Below, one piece after another: positions 23,332 through 25,605 of a stretch of 25,605 bases of DNA (its first letter is position 1; every line of letters starts with the position of its first letter). This DNA is from a virus (lineage: Duplodnaviria; Caudoviricetes). The notes beneath the pieces are model-generated. The model worked only from the letters and a program-made list of their open reading frames with translations. It did not search any database and had not been told where the DNA came from. The stretch covers positions 1-25,605 of the IMG/VR virus record IMGVR_UViG_3300010362_001190; one strand, written 5' to 3'. The position numbers and the translations under genes are program-made.

Positions 23332-24732
23332 TTAGGAGCGGAGTGAGCCAAAGATTGCCGTATGCTGAAAGTCGGCCAGCGGCGGATCTGCCGGTGGGTC
23401 TGTGATCACGGTCTCTGCTGGTTCTGCTGCAGACGAAGCCGGGTGCTCTTCTGCTTCTTCAGGCTGGCCAGTCGCCAGTGCAGCCGCAATGGTCGCCAGT
23501 GATGACTCATCCCCGTGCCGCGCACTCTCGACCACGATCACGAGCTCATTTAATTCCTCAGCCGCAAGCTCACTGATGCCGCGGCCGTCAAAGCTAGCAG
23601 TCGCCAGGTTGTGGAGTTCGGGATAGCGTAGGGGTCCGAGAGGCGGCGGAATCTCTTTGCCGAGGGCGAAGAGCTTGCGCTGCAGCCGCGGGGTATCTAT
23701 CTCATAGTCAGCCGCAGCAGCCGCATCGAATTCCTCCGGCGCCTCTGGCCTTGACATCAGCCCACTCAGGTCGGGAAAGGCGAGCCGGCAGGCATTCTTG
23801 AGGGCGCTTTTATGCGCCATCCACGGCCCGAAGCGTTTCCAAAACACATTCGGTTGATTGCCGGCCCCCGTCGTCTGCCAGCCTTCTTTGTCAATTTCAA
23901 AGCGGTACGGTGCCGGCCGGTCTTTCACCGTCACCGTTGCCCAGCCTCCGAGCAAGGTCTCATCCGTGTGAAGAAAGATGCCGCGCTTTTTCACCCGCAA
24001 CCGGGCAGCAATGCCTTTTGGTTCGAGCGCCTTCCCCTCGACAAAGTCCGCCATCAGCTTTTGCCGTAACTCTGGCGCAATCAGGTAGTCGTCGAGTCCG
24101 CCCAGAATAGACTCTTTGATGCGCTGCAGCGCGACCTCGACGATGATCCCGCCATCATGACCGAGGAAGCGGCTGTTCGCCTCCACCCGCTTGAACCAGG
24201 CATCCTTGCTGACCTGGATCACAAGTTGTCCACTGATAACGGAAAAATAGGCTTCGCCGCTGTAGGGATCAATTTTGTTATGTGCGCACCAGCCGAGGGC
24301 ATAGCGCGCTTGATCTTCGGAAGCCTCCCGGCACAGCATCCGTTGAAAAATCTTCACGGACAGGTCAACCTGCTGGCCGTCAAAACTCTGATAGCGCACC
24401 TCGACCGGCACGACTGCCTGCGGGTTCATAGGCTGTTCTGCTCGGGGAGGTGCAGCCCGTGCCGCCTCGGGCCGTGGGGCCTCAGCCTGGGCCGCCCCTG
24501 GCCGGGCCGCCTCAGGCTGCGGGGCCGCCGGGCGGGGTGATTCTGCCCGCTCCTTCTGCGGGGGGAGTTGCAAGGCAGGCCCCGCCCAGCGGGCAGTGCG
24601 CACTAGTTCCGCCAGTCGTTGTTGACGCTCCTGCGGCCGTAAGATCTCTTTCTCACCGCATTCCAGGCAGCGGATAACCGTTTGATTTTTATCAACAAAA
24701 TCAAAGCGGCAGGCTTTTTCACAAACGTCCAT
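23332..24732 (-). CDS. bet: Bet/RecT-family single-strand annealing protein
   Basis: WCAHNKIDPYSGEAYF, QVSKDAWFKRV, LLGGWATV..KDR, W..MAHKSALKNACRLAFP; AAGGAGG RBS. Confidence 0.88.
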   Translation of the reverse strand: MDVCEKACRFDFVDKNQTVIRCLECGEKEILRPQERQQRLAELVRTARWAGPALQLPPQKERAESPRPAAPQPEAARPGAAQAEAPRPEAARAAPPRAEQPMNPQAVVPVEVRYQSFDGQQVDLSVKIFQRMLCREASEDQARYALGWCAHNKIDPYSGEAYFSVISGQLVIQVSKDAWFKRVEANSRFLGHDGGIIVEVALQRIKESILGGLDDYLIAPELRQKLMADFVEGKALEPKGIAARLRVKKRGIFLHTDETLLGGWATVTVKDRPAPYRFEIDKEGWQTTGAGNQPNVFWKRFGPWMAHKSALKNACRLAFPDLSGLMSRPEAPEEFDAAAAADYEIDTPRLQRKLFALGKEIPPPLGPLRYPELHNLATASFDGRGISELAAEELNELVIVVESARHGDESSLATIAAALATGQPEEAEEHPASSAAEPAETVITDPPADPPLADFQHTAIFGSLRS

Positions 24733-24762
24733 GTGTCCTCCTTCGGCTCGGCTGAGCCGGAT

Positions 24763-24828
24763 AGAATAAGATAATTGTTCATATCATGAAATGGGCCGCT
24801 TGAATAGATACTTTCTCTATGATAACAC
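24763..24828. promoter_or_regulatory. Divergent promoter region between bet and the second RHH gene
   Basis: AT-rich gap; minus strand TTTCAT-17-TATTCT; plus strand TTGAAT-17-TAACAC with ATG 8 nt later; hairpin CGGCTC-AGCC-GAGCCG before the bet RBS. Confidence 0.45.
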
Positions 24829-24836
24829 CAGAAACT

Positions 24837-25061
24837 ATGAGAAGAACACCGACACCGAAGGAACCGAAACATATCGTGCGCCACATCATCCTGCCCCTGA
24901 CCCCGGAAGGGGAAATCCTATGGCGACGCATCCGCATGCGCGCGGCCGAGGAGGGAGTGAACATTCCCGTGGTCATCATTGAAGCCCTCGAAGCCTGGGT
25001 GAGTCAGCCCTCACGGAAACCCCTCCCGCCGCTAGAGCCCAGCAGCCTGCGGCCGCGCTGA
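24837..25061 (+). CDS. Second ribbon-helix-helix regulator
   Basis: RHIILPL..LWRRIRMRAAEEGVNIPVVIIEALEAWV; shares RxRAxEE with the first RHH. Confidence 0.7.
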   Translation: MRRTPTPKEPKHIVRHIILPLTPEGEILWRRIRMRAAEEGVNIPVVIIEALEAWVSQPSRKPLPPLEPSSLRPR

Positions 25062-25580
25062 AGGACCCGCCGCCCGGCGGCGGGCAGACTGTGCTACCAC
25101 GGTCGCTACCTGCTGCCGGCGTTGCTCTTCGGCACGGCGGAGCTGCTGCACGGCGGCCCGCAACCGCCCCGCATCTTGCCCGACGGCCTCGCAGATGCGG
25201 ACGTAGGAGCAAAAGTAACTCCGGCTGTCAGACTCGATCCACTCCCAGGCTTCGCGCTGCGCTGCCGTTCGTTCCCGCTTATGCACGAGACGCGGCAAGA
25301 CGCACAGCAAGGCATCGATCAGGATTGCCCATAGGAGATGGATTTCTGGGGACTCCTGCCGGCGGCTCTCGACCTGACTCGGCTCGATCCCTTCGGCCGC
25401 GAAGAGGTGCTCTACCGCGGCATGCTCGGCCGCACTCCAGCCAAAAAAGGCGGCGAACCCGCGCTCGATGGCTGCCTGCTGTTGGGCCCCCTGGCCGGCT
25501 AACCGCCGCCGTTGTTGGTGATTGGTGCGAAAAGGCCTGCGCCCGTGCGTCGGCACTGCCGGAGAAAATTGGTGCAGCAT
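25032..25580 (-). CDS. Hypothetical protein, paralog of the central domain of 7541-8527
   Basis: EPSQ..PEIHLLWAILIDA..EAWEWIESD..SYVRICEAVGQD..LR; start uncertain. Confidence 0.75.
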   Translation of the reverse strand: MLHQFSPAVPTHGRRPFRTNHQQRRRLAGQGAQQQAAIERGFAAFFGWSAAEHAAVEHLFAAEGIEPSQVESRRQESPEIHLLWAILIDALLCVLPRLVHKRERTAAQREAWEWIESDSRSYFCSYVRICEAVGQDAGRLRAAVQQLRRAEEQRRQQVATVVAQSARRRAAGPSARPQAAGL

Positions 25581-25605
25581 CTCCCCCCCAGCCCGGAAAC
25601 AGAGG

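Larger units (their letters stand above)
1..25605. mobile_element. Tailed phage / prophage genome segment (packaging, head, neck, accessory cassette, replication-recombination)
   Basis: Colinear terS-terL-portal-gp7-protease-scaffold-decoration-capsid-adaptor-neck order, plus Prim-Pol and Bet/RecT genes; no cellular housekeeping genes; ends of the element not in the window. Confidence 0.97.

Overview
GC-rich 25.6 kb fragment of a tailed dsDNA phage or prophage; no host genes, integrase, tRNA or CRISPR array were seen. Minus strand, 15.9 kb down to 1 (late region): holin-like membrane genes, a three-gene fibre/spike-like module, terS, terL, an SPPY-type DNA methyltransferase, portal, SPP1 gp7/Mu F-like protein, two unexplained genes plus an internal promoter-terminator unit, XkdF-type prohead protease, a scaffold gene apparently split by an antisense HNH endonuclease, decoration protein, lambda gpE-type major capsid, neck genes, and a SAM methyltransferase-glycosyltransferase-like fusion that runs off the left edge (absent from the ORF track). 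Plus strand, 16.1-19.7 kb: an oppositely oriented cassette of ribbon-helix-helix (RHH) regulator, membrane peptide, Zn-ribbon protein, HNH overlapping an SF2 helicase, and a putative DNA-binding protein. 19.7-20.8 kb is repeat-rich and origin-like. Then come a Prim-Pol/helicase, a Bet/RecT annealase, a second RHH and a paralog of a late-region hypothetical domain. Strongest leads: the HNH-helicase cassette with a possible -1 frameshift fusion, five late promoters sharing a -10+AGC signature (one coupled to a terminator), the MTase-GT fusion in the neck module, and two internal domain duplications. All family assignments come from motif recognition by eye, not from database searches.
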